Notes under the pieces: generated by a model
What the model was told of the DNA's origin: nothing
The model's input: the letters and a program-made list of their open reading frames with translations, nothing else
Database searches by the model: none
From: Alphaproteobacteria bacterium
GTDB lineage: Bacteria > Pseudomonadota > Alphaproteobacteria > Paracaedibacterales > CAITNM01
Direction: 5' to 3'
Length of the DNA stretch: 62,048 bases
NCBI GenBank assembly: GCA_947487955.1
Contig: CANKYV010000006.1
Location: 1-62,048, forward strand
In this document: in pieces, positions 21,081 through 31,236 of the stretch
Layout: each line of letters opens with the position of its first letter
Numbering within the stretch: position 1 is the first letter of the stretch
Position numbers and translations under genes: made by a program

Positions 21081-23516
21081 TTGGTTATGCGTCTCTCACA
21101 ACAAAAAGCTAGCAATCCAGGTTCCAGCTGTTGGGTAAATGCTTCAGCAGGATCTGGAAAAACCAAAGTACTTATTGATAAAATTATTCGTTTGCTGCTG
21201 CACTCAGCAAAACCAGAGCGCATACTTTGTTTAACTTTTTCAAGAGCCGCAGCAAGTGAAATGCAGCAGCGCCTTATGAAGCGAGTAGAATTACTTGCAA
21301 AAGCCTCTGAATCAGAAATTATAGAAGAATTAGCAAGCCTCGGAGAAACGCCCGATAAAGAACAGATTACAAGAGCAAAAAATCTGTATTTAGTCATACA
21401 ATCTCAGCCAATTTCTATTCAAACCGTACATGGATTTTGCCAAAGTTTACTACAGCGACACATGGGTAAAAGTGTTTTATTCTCACCGCCTAGAATCATG
21501 GAAAACTTTGAGGAGTCTACTTATTTAACGCAAGCCTTTGAAGCATTAGTTGAAAACCAAAAAGCAACCTCTTACTTAGAAGAGTTTCTTACCTTTTATT
21601 CAGACAAAACTCTTTTTGAATATTTAAGTAAAACAACACGTAGCTTTCAAGATTTAAGCTTCGATGATGTTCATAATCGCTTGCATGAACTTTTCGATAT
21701 TCATAACACTCCAGAATTCCCAGAGGCACCTGCAGAAATACACCCATTGCTTAAAGGACTTTTAAATGTTATCCCCCCAAATAATAGCGTTTCTAAGGAC
21801 CATCCTTTTTCTCAATGTTTTTTAACGCAAAAAGGTACAGTACGAGCTAAAATTCTACCAGCAAGCCTTCAAAAAGAATATCCAGACGCTGAAATCCAGC
21901 TAAAAATTTATGCAGAAACACTGGCTCATTACTTTACTCAAAAAACACGTTTTGACCATGTGCAAAAATCACTGCACTTTTGGCAATTACAGCAATTGTT
22001 TGGCAAGCATTATAAAAGCCTAAAAGAAACTCTTAATCTTTGGGATTTTCACGATTTAATTGAAAAAACATTAGAAATATTAAGCATAGATACATTTGAC
22101 CAAATTCTTTTGGATTTAAATTATCGTATTGACCATATTTTGGTGGATGAAGCACAAGATACAAGTATTGATCAATGGCGTGTTATTACTCATCTTGTAA
22201 ATGGCTTATTTGACCAACAAGGTGATAGAAGTCTTTTCGTTGTGGGAGATGAGAAGCAATCAATTTATAGCTTTCAAGGCGCAGATATTCGCATGTATCA
22301 AGATATGCAAAAATATTTTTCGAGGTTCTGCGAACCTTTTGAAAACATCAATCTCACAACTAGTTTTCGCAGTTCAAAAGATATTTTGAAATTAGTAGAT
22401 GCAGTTTTTGAAAAAAATGCCAATGGTCTTGGAAACAATATTTTACCTCACACCGCCTACCATTTATTTCATGGCAATATTGAAGTTTTACCATTTATTG
22501 AGCAGGAAACTGAAACTATTGAACCATGGCCAATTTTTACAACATATCCTGAAGTACATGAGCCAGAAGAGCTACTAGCAGAAACCATCTTGAATCATAT
22601 AGAGCAAACTATTTGTAGTGGTTTATTTTTAGCATCGGAAAAGCGTCAAGCAACTTATAGTGATGTGATGATTTTAATGCGCAAACGAGGAACCCAAATG
22701 CGCGCATTAACTGACATTTGCGAGAAAAAGAAAATCCCTTACTCTGCTTTTGAGCCTAAAAATCTTCTGGAATTCCTGGTTGTACGCGATATTTTAAGTG
22801 CAGTTGAATTTATGTTGATGCCTTTAAATGATCTAAATTTAGCTCAGTTATTAAAAAGCCCATGGATGCGAAATTTTGGAACAATCAGTGAAGAAGATTT
22901 ATTTAATCTTTGCCACAATCGCAAAAAATTTTTATGGAATGAAGTACAAACCCACTACCCTTCTCATGCTAAAGCTTTAAATGAGCTGCTGCAAAACACT
23001 CCAACTAACCCTTATGATTATTTTCAATGCGCTTATGATGCTATGAGTGTTGAGTGTGAGCTCTTGCATAACTTTATGGATGAAGTATTCAAGCGCTTTA
23101 ATTTATTAGACTTAGGCATTCGAGAGCTGCTTGAACATTTATATCGCTACCCTCCTATATTTACCCAAACCAACCATCAAGAAGGAATAAAGCTTTCAAC
23201 AGTACACGGAGCTAAGGGACTAGAAGCACCCATCGTTATTATTCTTGATAATGGTGAAGAGCCAAATATGAAACAAGATATTGTATTATATGATCCAGTT
23301 AAGCAATTTTGGTTTTTAAAACCTTCAATTGCTGCTGATACAGTTTTAACATCAGCACTGAAAGAACACCATCAACAAGCTTTAGAGTTTGAGCATAATC
23401 GGCTCTTTTATGTGGCTTTGACACGAGCAAAAGAGCACTTAATTCTGGCCGGCCTACCCCATGACCCTATTCCTCATTCTTGGTATTGGCGAGTTTGTGA
23501 AGCTATAAAGCTCTAA
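21081..23516 (+). CDS. addA: AddA/UvrD-family helicase, no C-terminal nuclease domain
   Basis: ASAGSGKT, LVDEAQDT, VGDEKQSIYSFQGA, TVHGAKGLE and YVALTRA. Confidence 0.88.
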   Translation: MVMRLSQQKASNPGSSCWVNASAGSGKTKVLIDKIIRLLLHSAKPERILCLTFSRAAASEMQQRLMKRVELLAKASESEIIEELASLGETPDKEQITRAKNLYLVIQSQPISIQTVHGFCQSLLQRHMGKSVLFSPPRIMENFEESTYLTQAFEALVENQKATSYLEEFLTFYSDKTLFEYLSKTTRSFQDLSFDDVHNRLHELFDIHNTPEFPEAPAEIHPLLKGLLNVIPPNNSVSKDHPFSQCFLTQKGTVRAKILPASLQKEYPDAEIQLKIYAETLAHYFTQKTRFDHVQKSLHFWQLQQLFGKHYKSLKETLNLWDFHDLIEKTLEILSIDTFDQILLDLNYRIDHILVDEAQDTSIDQWRVITHLVNGLFDQQGDRSLFVVGDEKQSIYSFQGADIRMYQDMQKYFSRFCEPFENINLTTSFRSSKDILKLVDAVFEKNANGLGNNILPHTAYHLFHGNIEVLPFIEQETETIEPWPIFTTYPEVHEPEELLAETILNHIEQTICSGLFLASEKRQATYSDVMILMRKRGTQMRALTDICEKKKIPYSAFEPKNLLEFLVVRDILSAVEFMLMPLNDLNLAQLLKSPWMRNFGTISEEDLFNLCHNRKKFLWNEVQTHYPSHAKALNELLQNTPTNPYDYFQCAYDAMSVECELLHNFMDEVFKRFNLLDLGIRELLEHLYRYPPIFTQTNHQEGIKLSTVHGAKGLEAPIVIILDNGEEPNMKQDIVLYDPVKQFWFLKPSIAADTVLTSALKEHHQQALEFEHNRLFYVALTRAKEHLILAGLPHDPIPHSWYWRVCEAIKL

Positions 23517-23581
23517 AAGTAATTCAGAACCCTTAACTTTTTTTTAAAAATTTAATCGTATTTTATTTATATAAACAGAAT

Positions 23582-24382
23582 ATGAATTTTATTGTGAAAA
23601 AATTATTTACTTTTTTTGCTTTGCTAGTAACTATAATCTTTTCCAATTTAACTAGTGCAGAAAATGCTTTTAATGGCTTTTATTTAGGAGTTCAAACAGG
23701 CTATACACAGCGTGATGTAACAAACAAAGTTGTAGAGGATAGCGTGACCGTTGGCTACAACGGCATTGGTTTTATCAACGGATCTAAAACGAAAAATATT
23801 AAAGGTCTTTTATATGGTCTTCTTGGAGGATGGGGTAAAAGTACGAATGATTTTTACCTAGGGTTAGAAGCCAGCTTACATTACGATAATCTCAATAAAA
23901 CTAAACAATATTCTTTTTATTCACCACTTGATGGTAGTGGTCCTTGGCCATTTCAGGCTCAATACAAGAGAGGTCTTGTCTTTGGCGTAGGACCTCGTTT
24001 TGGAAAAATAATAAATGAGTCTTATTTAATTTATGGGAAATTAGGACTTGAATTAAGCCGAGACAGAGCAATGCATATGGCTTCTTCTTCATCAGTTGCA
24101 AGCCCTCCTGGGGCAGCTACTGCCTCTTATTCAGCTAGCCCAAACTTTAAAAGTGCAGCTAGAATAAAAATAGTTATAGTCCCTGCCATAGGTTTTGAGA
24201 AATCATTCGAAAAATTTTTAACACGCTTAGAATATGGATTCAACCCAGGTGCAACGCTACGTCAGGAACGTTCTTATGTGCAAACACAAAATGCTCCACC
24301 TACTAATTATAACAATACTGACCGCCAGACTATTAAGTATAAACAACACATTATAAAATTCGCAGCGGTGTATAAATTTTAA
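23582..24382 (+). CDS. Outer-membrane beta-barrel protein
   Basis: Signal peptide, FNGFYLG start, amphipathic strands and C-terminal YKF. Confidence 0.82.
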   Translation: MNFIVKKLFTFFALLVTIIFSNLTSAENAFNGFYLGVQTGYTQRDVTNKVVEDSVTVGYNGIGFINGSKTKNIKGLLYGLLGGWGKSTNDFYLGLEASLHYDNLNKTKQYSFYSPLDGSGPWPFQAQYKRGLVFGVGPRFGKIINESYLIYGKLGLELSRDRAMHMASSSSVASPPGAATASYSASPNFKSAARIKIVIVPAIGFEKSFEKFLTRLEYGFNPGATLRQERSYVQTQNAPPTNYNNTDRQTIKYKQHIIKFAAVYKF

Positions 24383-24394
24383 AGCATTTTTACA

Positions 24395-26191
24395 CTATAC
24401 AGTAACTTGCCGACGAATCTTACTAATAGGAAGCGATTCATTAAAAATTATGGAGTCAAGAGATGGAGATCTCCAGTAAAAATCCTTAATACCAAAATAT
24501 TTGTCCAATGGAACGTACGCACTTTTAGGTGTTGTTAAACCTGCCCGCCCTTCATCTATCTCATGAATACGTTCCCGTGCAAGCTGCAAAGGATTTTCTA
24601 AAGACTCAGTTTCTGCGTAAGATGTTGGAATGCGATAAATTCCAGCAAGCTCTGGATTAATATCCCAAAAAATATTCGCAAAACTTCTATCACTTATGGA
24701 AAGAGCCTTATCAAATCTATGTAACTTTATGCTGATTTTCTTTATAAGTGTGTGATTATAAAAAATACCTAACGTGCTTTTGAATAAATCTTCCTTTCTT
24801 AATAAAGATTGCAATTGCCTTTGATATTTATTTTCTACCCAACAGTCACCAATCCATCTCTTTATATTATTTTTAATGCTTTCTCTAGATTTTAATTTAT
24901 GGCTTTTTGAAAATCCTGTATTAACATTTTTTTTAAGAAGTATTTCGTAAAAACATAAAAGTGCACAATGAACACGCGTCTTAATTCTTCCTTCTTCCGG
25001 ATGATCATATTCTATAGATTCGTGTTCACCAAAAGTACGCTCATTGTCAACAAGCACAAATTCGTATTCATCACTACCTTTAATTTTTCTAATAAGATAA
25101 TTTTGAGGACGCCCATCTTCAGGGCTAATAAGAGAAGAGAAATATACTAATTTTTGAAATTTTTCAGCATTGAAAATCCATTCCTTGCCATACTCTGGAT
25201 CTTCTTTCACCTTGTCCAAGACTGCTTCTAAAGTCTCTCCTTCCATATATTCTGAAACCAAAAAAACTTTATCCTTCATCAAAATAGTTCTGGACTTAGG
25301 CAAAGGTAAATTTTCTTGGTCTTCTGGAAAAAGCTGCTGATACAATTTATACACTGCGTACTCGCGCTCTGGCGCTTCTGGCCATTGCTTAAAAAAGAGA
25401 CGTCTTTTTCCAGCAATTGAATAAAATCCTGTTTTTCGTGTTCCACCTAACGGCCTATCTGCAGGGCAAAACTCTTCACCATTCATTAACCTATGGTAAG
25501 GATCATAAACTCTATAATGTTTGAGTTTATTATTTTCTTTTAAAGTTACCGTAATAATATCCGTTTCTCTATAGCCCCGTGGTAAACAAAAAAATGGTTC
25601 TGGATAATAATTATTGTCTAAAAACCCTTCGCATTTTCTCAAAAATGTATCAACACTTACACATTGAATATACTCTTGTACAGCAGGATAAAAATCAGTC
25701 GTCTGGGATTCAAAGAATCTTTCTGTTGCATCAGAAACGCAACGCGCCATTTCGTAGAGGCCTATTTCACTTAATTTACGTTTACGTGGACTTTCCTTTT
25801 CTCTATCATTATCAATTTCACAGCCAAAACTGTCATTGAGCGGAATAGAAATAACTGGCCCTTTTATCGTTAAATCATCAATCTCACTATAGTCTTCTTC
25901 AGCGCTTTCAGAAGTAGTGCTACCACCTTGAAGGCTATCAGATCGATCTTTGCATCCCCAAGGAGTCGTACAACTTATTTCATCACTTGAGTCGTCAATA
26001 TTGCTGGTTTCAGAATCGCTGTTGCTAGTTTCAGATAAAATAGTAAATCTTTCAACTTCTTGATCATATATATCATAATTTATGCCAAAAATATGACCAC
26101 AAGCGCAAAATACAAAAATAAAAATTATGGATTTGAAGGATTTATTTAATAGCAGAATCATTGAGCAGCACAAAAGTCTTTTGCTCATCAT
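24395..26191 (-). CDS. Secreted kinase-like protein (PI3/4-kinase/HipA-like fold), candidate effector
   Basis: FFK..P...ERE, DGRPQNYLI and VLVDNERTF motifs; acidic N-region and SPRKRK. Confidence 0.6.
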   Translation of the reverse strand: MMSKRLLCCSMILLLNKSFKSIIFIFVFCACGHIFGINYDIYDQEVERFTILSETSNSDSETSNIDDSSDEISCTTPWGCKDRSDSLQGGSTTSESAEEDYSEIDDLTIKGPVISIPLNDSFGCEIDNDREKESPRKRKLSEIGLYEMARCVSDATERFFESQTTDFYPAVQEYIQCVSVDTFLRKCEGFLDNNYYPEPFFCLPRGYRETDIITVTLKENNKLKHYRVYDPYHRLMNGEEFCPADRPLGGTRKTGFYSIAGKRRLFFKQWPEAPEREYAVYKLYQQLFPEDQENLPLPKSRTILMKDKVFLVSEYMEGETLEAVLDKVKEDPEYGKEWIFNAEKFQKLVYFSSLISPEDGRPQNYLIRKIKGSDEYEFVLVDNERTFGEHESIEYDHPEEGRIKTRVHCALLCFYEILLKKNVNTGFSKSHKLKSRESIKNNIKRWIGDCWVENKYQRQLQSLLRKEDLFKSTLGIFYNHTLIKKISIKLHRFDKALSISDRSFANIFWDINPELAGIYRIPTSYAETESLENPLQLARERIHEIDEGRAGLTTPKSAYVPLDKYFGIKDFYWRSPSLDSIIFNESLPISKIRRQVTV

Positions 26192-26505
26192 TTGTTTTTC
26201 TTTTTTAAAAAGTCCTTGGGTTGATGAGATATCAGTTTATACTTTTATTCAAGGACTTATCTACGCATTTTTGAATGCTTTATAAAAAAATACATATTTC
26301 TATCCTTGCTTAATGGCACATTACTTATATATTTTACATGCGCATCAAAAATAGTTAAAAAAATAAAATTTTCACATTTCTGAATAGCAATTTTTTACAA
26401 TCTCAAAAAGAATTAAAACTCTATTCAAAAGAACAGAATAAATCTAATAATAAAATAATAGATCGTGTAGCAAAATGCTTTGCTAGAAATTAATCTCCTA
26501 AAGAA

Positions 26506-27813
26506 TTACCCTGCAAGTGGCATGGCTGGACTTACTGAACTATCTTCATATGTAAACCCTTCTTCGAGTTTAGAAAAATGGTCTACACCCCATAAAAAGC
26601 CAATACTAATAGGAAAAGCTATGACCCAAATTCCATAAGATCCTAGTAAATTTGTCAAATAAACCACCCCAAAAGACGTTACAACGTACGTAATTGCACG
26701 TGATATAGCATAGAGAACACTGCTGTATGTGAATCGTCGCTGCACCGGAAAATATTTAAAAAATATAGGAATTGTAGGTATGGTTCCTAAAGAAAAAACA
26801 GTCAAAAGAAGTTGCACTGTTGTTAAAGCATAAATATCTGTCAAGGGAAGTAAAGGCATAATTAATAGAACTGCTGAAGACGCAAGAGCTCGCAACTTCA
26901 ATATTTTTAATGGATGAAATTTCTTAGCTAGCAAAATAATGGATATACCTACAATAAAGCTAGAGATAGTTAAGAAAAGATTATGATCAACAATTTGTTC
27001 TGGTGTATAGTGCATAGAATACTTTAGGAAGTCTGCACAATATATAAAAATAATATAAAAACAAAGAGGGAACCCTGAATAAATAAAGAAATATGCTAAA
27101 GAAGTTTTTCTAGAAACTTTTTCTTTTTGCCTATTTTCCTTGTGCTTATTGGCTTGCGCTCTTAAAAAAGCAGGTGTTTCTCGAAGCCTTCGACGTGCTA
27201 CAGCACCTGAAACAGCAATCATTCCACCTAAAATAAATACTGCGCGCCAGTTTGCATTACACTTAAATATTAAGCTTGTTACTAAAAGTGCAACCAAACT
27301 TCCTAGCGTGCATAATTCAGATACCCACGATACTAACTGATATGATGCCGGAGGTGGCAAAAGTTCTGAGAGATAAATTTCTGCCCCAATTACTTCTCCG
27401 GTTGCTGAAAAACTTTGTAAAATACGACATGTAATCATCGCAAAACTTGCAAAAAGTCCAACTTCAGCATAAGTAGGTAAGATGCTCATAAAGAAGCAAC
27501 TCACTGCCATCATCGTTGTTGAAATGATAATTGCTGATTTTCGACCAATGTGGTCACCAATATAGCCAAACATCAGAGCTCCAATAGGTCTAAAGACGTA
27601 AGTAGAACAGAAAGCAAATGCAGCAAGAAGCGCTGCAATACGTTGATCTGTTTTTGGAAAAAATAATTCATTTAATAAAACTGATAGATGCACATAAAGC
27701 ATCAAATCAAAATATTCTAGGAAAGTGCCAATCTGTAAAAGCCCAACAGCTTCTTTTTGATCATGTCTTAGAGTTTTAAAAATGTTCAATTTTTTCCCCT
27801 TTATAAGCATCAT
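26506..27813 (-). CDS. MFS transporter, ProP/MHS-like
   Basis: GTFLEYFDLMLY, RPIGALMFGYIGDHIGRK and LRETP. Confidence 0.9.
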   Translation of the reverse strand: MMLIKGKKLNIFKTLRHDQKEAVGLLQIGTFLEYFDLMLYVHLSVLLNELFFPKTDQRIAALLAAFAFCSTYVFRPIGALMFGYIGDHIGRKSAIIISTTMMAVSCFFMSILPTYAEVGLFASFAMITCRILQSFSATGEVIGAEIYLSELLPPPASYQLVSWVSELCTLGSLVALLVTSLIFKCNANWRAVFILGGMIAVSGAVARRRLRETPAFLRAQANKHKENRQKEKVSRKTSLAYFFIYSGFPLCFYIIFIYCADFLKYSMHYTPEQIVDHNLFLTISSFIVGISIILLAKKFHPLKILKLRALASSAVLLIMPLLPLTDIYALTTVQLLLTVFSLGTIPTIPIFFKYFPVQRRFTYSSVLYAISRAITYVVTSFGVVYLTNLLGSYGIWVIAFPISIGFLWGVDHFSKLEEGFTYEDSSVSPAMPLAG

Positions 27814-28209
27814 AGGAACACACGGATAGCCTTACGCTAACAAAGATAGTTTGTCTAGCTATTAAAAAGTATAGAACTAGTTTGACAAAAGAATAACAAC
27901 AACCAATTTGGCCAAACAACAAGTGAGAAATCCTTATGAAATAACCTCATTTATACTATTTGGGAATTATTATGTTTTTTTCACTTTGAAAAATTTCACG
28001 ATTCTTTTCGGAATTACTCTAGTTTTTTTAAAAATTCAAAGAAAGATAAAATTATGTATTTACTTCGCCAATTTCATCCTGTTCCATCCAAGGGACAATA
28101 GCCTCTCTTCCACTGGCAGAAAAACATAAGATCCCCATGGTTTGATGACTTATTGGTGACTTCTACTTTGTTATAACTTTCAAAACCACTTTATAATCCG
28201 TGGTTTTCA

Positions 28210-28285
<76 letters not shown>

Positions 28286-28362
28286 GCTTGGCTATATTTT
28301 TAGCCTAAATTAGATTTTCTGTCGACCCTCAAAATAAGGAAGATACAGAGTTAAAGGAGTTT

Positions 28363-28710
28363 CTACTCAGCATCAATCACATCAACTAGTTCAACGTCAA
28401 ATATCAAATTCGCATTTGCTGGAATAATTCTACCAGCGCCTCTTTCCCCATATCCTAGATTTGATGGAATATACAATCGGCGCTTACCACCAACCTTCAT
28501 GGTTGCTAAACCTTCTTCCCAGCCTTGAATAACCATGCCTACGCCATGGGTATATTGCAGCGGCTCACCACGATCTATAGAACTATCAAATTTCTGACCG
28601 TCCTCAAGCGTACCCGTGTAATGCACAAATATCATTTGTCCTTTTTTTGGTGAAAGTCCAGTTCCCTCTATGACATCCTCGTATTGAAGTCCAGTAGCTG
28701 TTGTAATCAT
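28363..28710 (-). CDS. FKBP-type peptidyl-prolyl isomerase
   Basis: VHYTGTL..G.KFDSS, VIQGWEEG and LGYG...IPANANLIFDVEL. Confidence 0.95.
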   Translation of the reverse strand: MITTATGLQYEDVIEGTGLSPKKGQMIFVHYTGTLEDGQKFDSSIDRGEPLQYTHGVGMVIQGWEEGLATMKVGGKRRLYIPSNLGYGERGAGRIIPANANLIFDVELVDVIDAE

Positions 28711-28748
28711 GGATTATACCTTTATGAATAAAAAGTAACTTTAGCTTT

Positions 28749-31133
28749 CTAGTGCCGACTTTTCAAGCGTCGATGGAAAACTTTTAAAGTTTCAGCAGCT
28801 TTATAAAAAATGCTTCCCTTTTTGAAGGATCCTACTATTTGCCCCTCTGCATTAACCTTTATACCAGCAGGAATGCCGGTTATTAATTCTATAGCTTCAT
28901 AAATAGTATCTACTCCCCAAATTTGGAAATTACCTGCAGCTATATCTTCAACAACTTCTGGACGCAACGTTAGGTTTGAAATATTTGCATTAGGTATAAT
29001 CACACCTTGAGTTTTCGTAAAACCTCGTTCTTTGCATAGCCTATGAAAACCTTCAATTTTCATATGAATACCGCCAACAACTTGCGAACCACCAAATTGA
29101 TTAATGGATCCAGTAATCGCAATATCTTGGCGAACTGGCACATTTGCAAGCGAGGACAATATTGCAACCAACTCAGCCATAGAGGCACTATCACCTTCCA
29201 CATCGGTATAATTTTGCTCGAATGTTAGAGAGCAAGAACAAGAAAGAGGATATTTTTGCGCAAAAACACCATTTAAGAATCCTTCCAAAATGAAAGCACC
29301 CTTTTGTTGTATTGGGCCACCTAAGTCAGTAAGCCTTTCAATGTTTACAACACCCTTTTCCCCAACATATGTCCTAGCACTTATACGTGCTGGAATACCA
29401 AAACTACGATCACTGATACTTAAAATAGTTAACCCATTGACCAGTCCAACTTTACGTCCTTGAGTATCTATCAGTACTTGATCTCTTTGAATTTCCTCTA
29501 ACGTACCATCCTCTAGACGTGCATTACGACGACGACGCTGAAAAAATACTTGATCAAGTATTTTTTCATCAATTGGTTTTTTTGGCGATTGTTCGCTAAC
29601 AACTGCATCAGCTTCTGCCAAAATATCACCAATTAATTCAAATTTTGCGGAAAGCTTTTCGCGGTCTTTTGCCCATCTTGAGCTATACCCTGTCAGGTAA
29701 GAAATCGCTCCTGGCGTAATATCACGATTAGTTTCTCTCAAACAAGTTGTTCGAATAAGCTTTTGGTAATTTGTGATGTTTTCAGGCGTAGCTGGTAAAT
29801 CTGAGTCTATTTCAGCACGTATCTTGAAATAGGATGAAAAATCAGGGTCCTGTTGAAAAAAGCTATAATACCATGCGGGAGATGCAACCAAGAATACTTG
29901 TAAATTCAGTGGTATTGAGCGAGGACTTGGGGCATCATCTAACGGAGTTCCACCTTCGCGATAACGCTCGCGAATAGTAATTTTGCTATCTCGAAGAGCG
30001 GACTTTAACATATTCCAAGCATCTTCATCCTGTGCAATTTCATCAGCTCGTAACACCAAAATCCCACCGTTTGCGCGATGCAAAGCACCAGGCCTAATTA
30101 AAGTAAAATTAGTTTCAACACTTCCCGTTGAAGGATTATTGCGATATTTGATAGAACCAAATAAATTTTCATATGTTGGTTTTGATTCTAAAACAGCTTG
30201 AGCCCCAGGCTTTTGAGAATGATCAATAATAACGTTAATGCCATAACGCTCAATTGCTGATTTGCTAAGTTTTGCTTTGGGATTTTCTTCATCAAATAAT
30301 AAATAAAGATTTTGCAATAAATCACGCTTAAAATCGTCAATCCAACTTTTTAAATGAACAGAGAATTCTTCTTTATATTCTTGGAATAATGGCGTAAGCA
30401 CTTTTCTTGCAGTGCTTTGCTTAAGTTGAGATATTTGCTTTTCAATTCTTTGATTTGCCAAATTTGCTGCAATGCTTAGACGTGTTAAAGCATTTCTTAA
30501 TGCAACTAAGTCTTTTGGTGATTTATTTTCGTTGCTAGGTCCTTCTTCACTTTCTTGGAGCTCCAAAGATATGCCGTCAAGACTAGAAATCAATTCAAAA
30601 CCCTTAGCCCTTGCCTGATTGTGTAGATCTTGGGTTTGTTGATCAATTTGTGACTGCTGATAATGTCTCAAATTTTCCATTTGTTTGCGAAATTGACTCG
30701 ATGTAAAAATTTTCCCCAAAATTGTGCTGGCACTTTGCAGCAATTCAATAGTTTTGTCTCGCAGATAAACCCCTTGACCCGAAGGTAACTTAAAAGGAAG
30801 AGGACGATTGCTTTCAACAAAATTATTCACATAAACCCAATCAGGCGGCTGAGGGAGTTTTTTTACATATTCCTGCAAATACCCCATTGTCGTACTCATA
30901 CGGCCACTACGGTCATCACCTATCACAAAAATATGAAATCGCTTATTACGCATTTTAAGGCCAAATTCTATGGCCTCTTTTGCGCGCTCATGAGACGATA
31001 AATCAAACAACGAAATAGCGAATTTGTTAAGGCGGTTTTTTGGTAAAAAAACAGCTGAACTGCATGGATGCAGGGGGATGCCAATTTGTTCAATAGGAAT
31101 AGGTGCTTTCATACATTTATTATGTATCAGCAA
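28749..31133 (-). CDS. Lon-like S16 protease (LonB/LonC-type, AAA_32); probable start near 31112
   Basis: PPDWVYVNNF, PGALHRANGG, VEGDSAS Ser and GGIHMK Lys dyad; degenerate Walker A (GDDRSGRMS). Confidence 0.88.
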   Translation of the reverse strand: MLIHNKCMKAPIPIEQIGIPLHPCSSAVFLPKNRLNKFAISLFDLSSHERAKEAIEFGLKMRNKRFHIFVIGDDRSGRMSTTMGYLQEYVKKLPQPPDWVYVNNFVESNRPLPFKLPSGQGVYLRDKTIELLQSASTILGKIFTSSQFRKQMENLRHYQQSQIDQQTQDLHNQARAKGFELISSLDGISLELQESEEGPSNENKSPKDLVALRNALTRLSIAANLANQRIEKQISQLKQSTARKVLTPLFQEYKEEFSVHLKSWIDDFKRDLLQNLYLLFDEENPKAKLSKSAIERYGINVIIDHSQKPGAQAVLESKPTYENLFGSIKYRNNPSTGSVETNFTLIRPGALHRANGGILVLRADEIAQDEDAWNMLKSALRDSKITIRERYREGGTPLDDAPSPRSIPLNLQVFLVASPAWYYSFFQQDPDFSSYFKIRAEIDSDLPATPENITNYQKLIRTTCLRETNRDITPGAISYLTGYSSRWAKDREKLSAKFELIGDILAEADAVVSEQSPKKPIDEKILDQVFFQRRRRNARLEDGTLEEIQRDQVLIDTQGRKVGLVNGLTILSISDRSFGIPARISARTYVGEKGVVNIERLTDLGGPIQQKGAFILEGFLNGVFAQKYPLSCSCSLTFEQNYTDVEGDSASMAELVAILSSLANVPVRQDIAITGSINQFGGSQVVGGIHMKIEGFHRLCKERGFTKTQGVIIPNANISNLTLRPEVVEDIAAGNFQIWGVDTIYEAIELITGIPAGIKVNAEGQIVGSFKKGSIFYKAAETLKVFHRRLKSRH

Positions 31134-31185
31134 CGGTTAAGGCATTGTTAATTTAATTATTTAGTACGTCTCCTCTTTTTTAATT

Positions 31186-31213
31186 ATGCCCCCTCAAGTT
31201 TTATGAGGGCATA
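31186..31213 (-). terminator. Possible terminator hairpin after the NHL-repeat gene
   Basis: Imperfect ATGCCC..TCA/TGAGGGCAT stem. Confidence 0.4.
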
Positions 31214-31236
31214 CCTTCGCCACTTTTTTTTCAAGA

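Noticed and set aside
27908-28140. Short ORFs next to the tRNA-Lys 3' end as integrase remnants
   Set aside because: No recombinase motifs, and I found no duplicated tRNA 3' end (att site).
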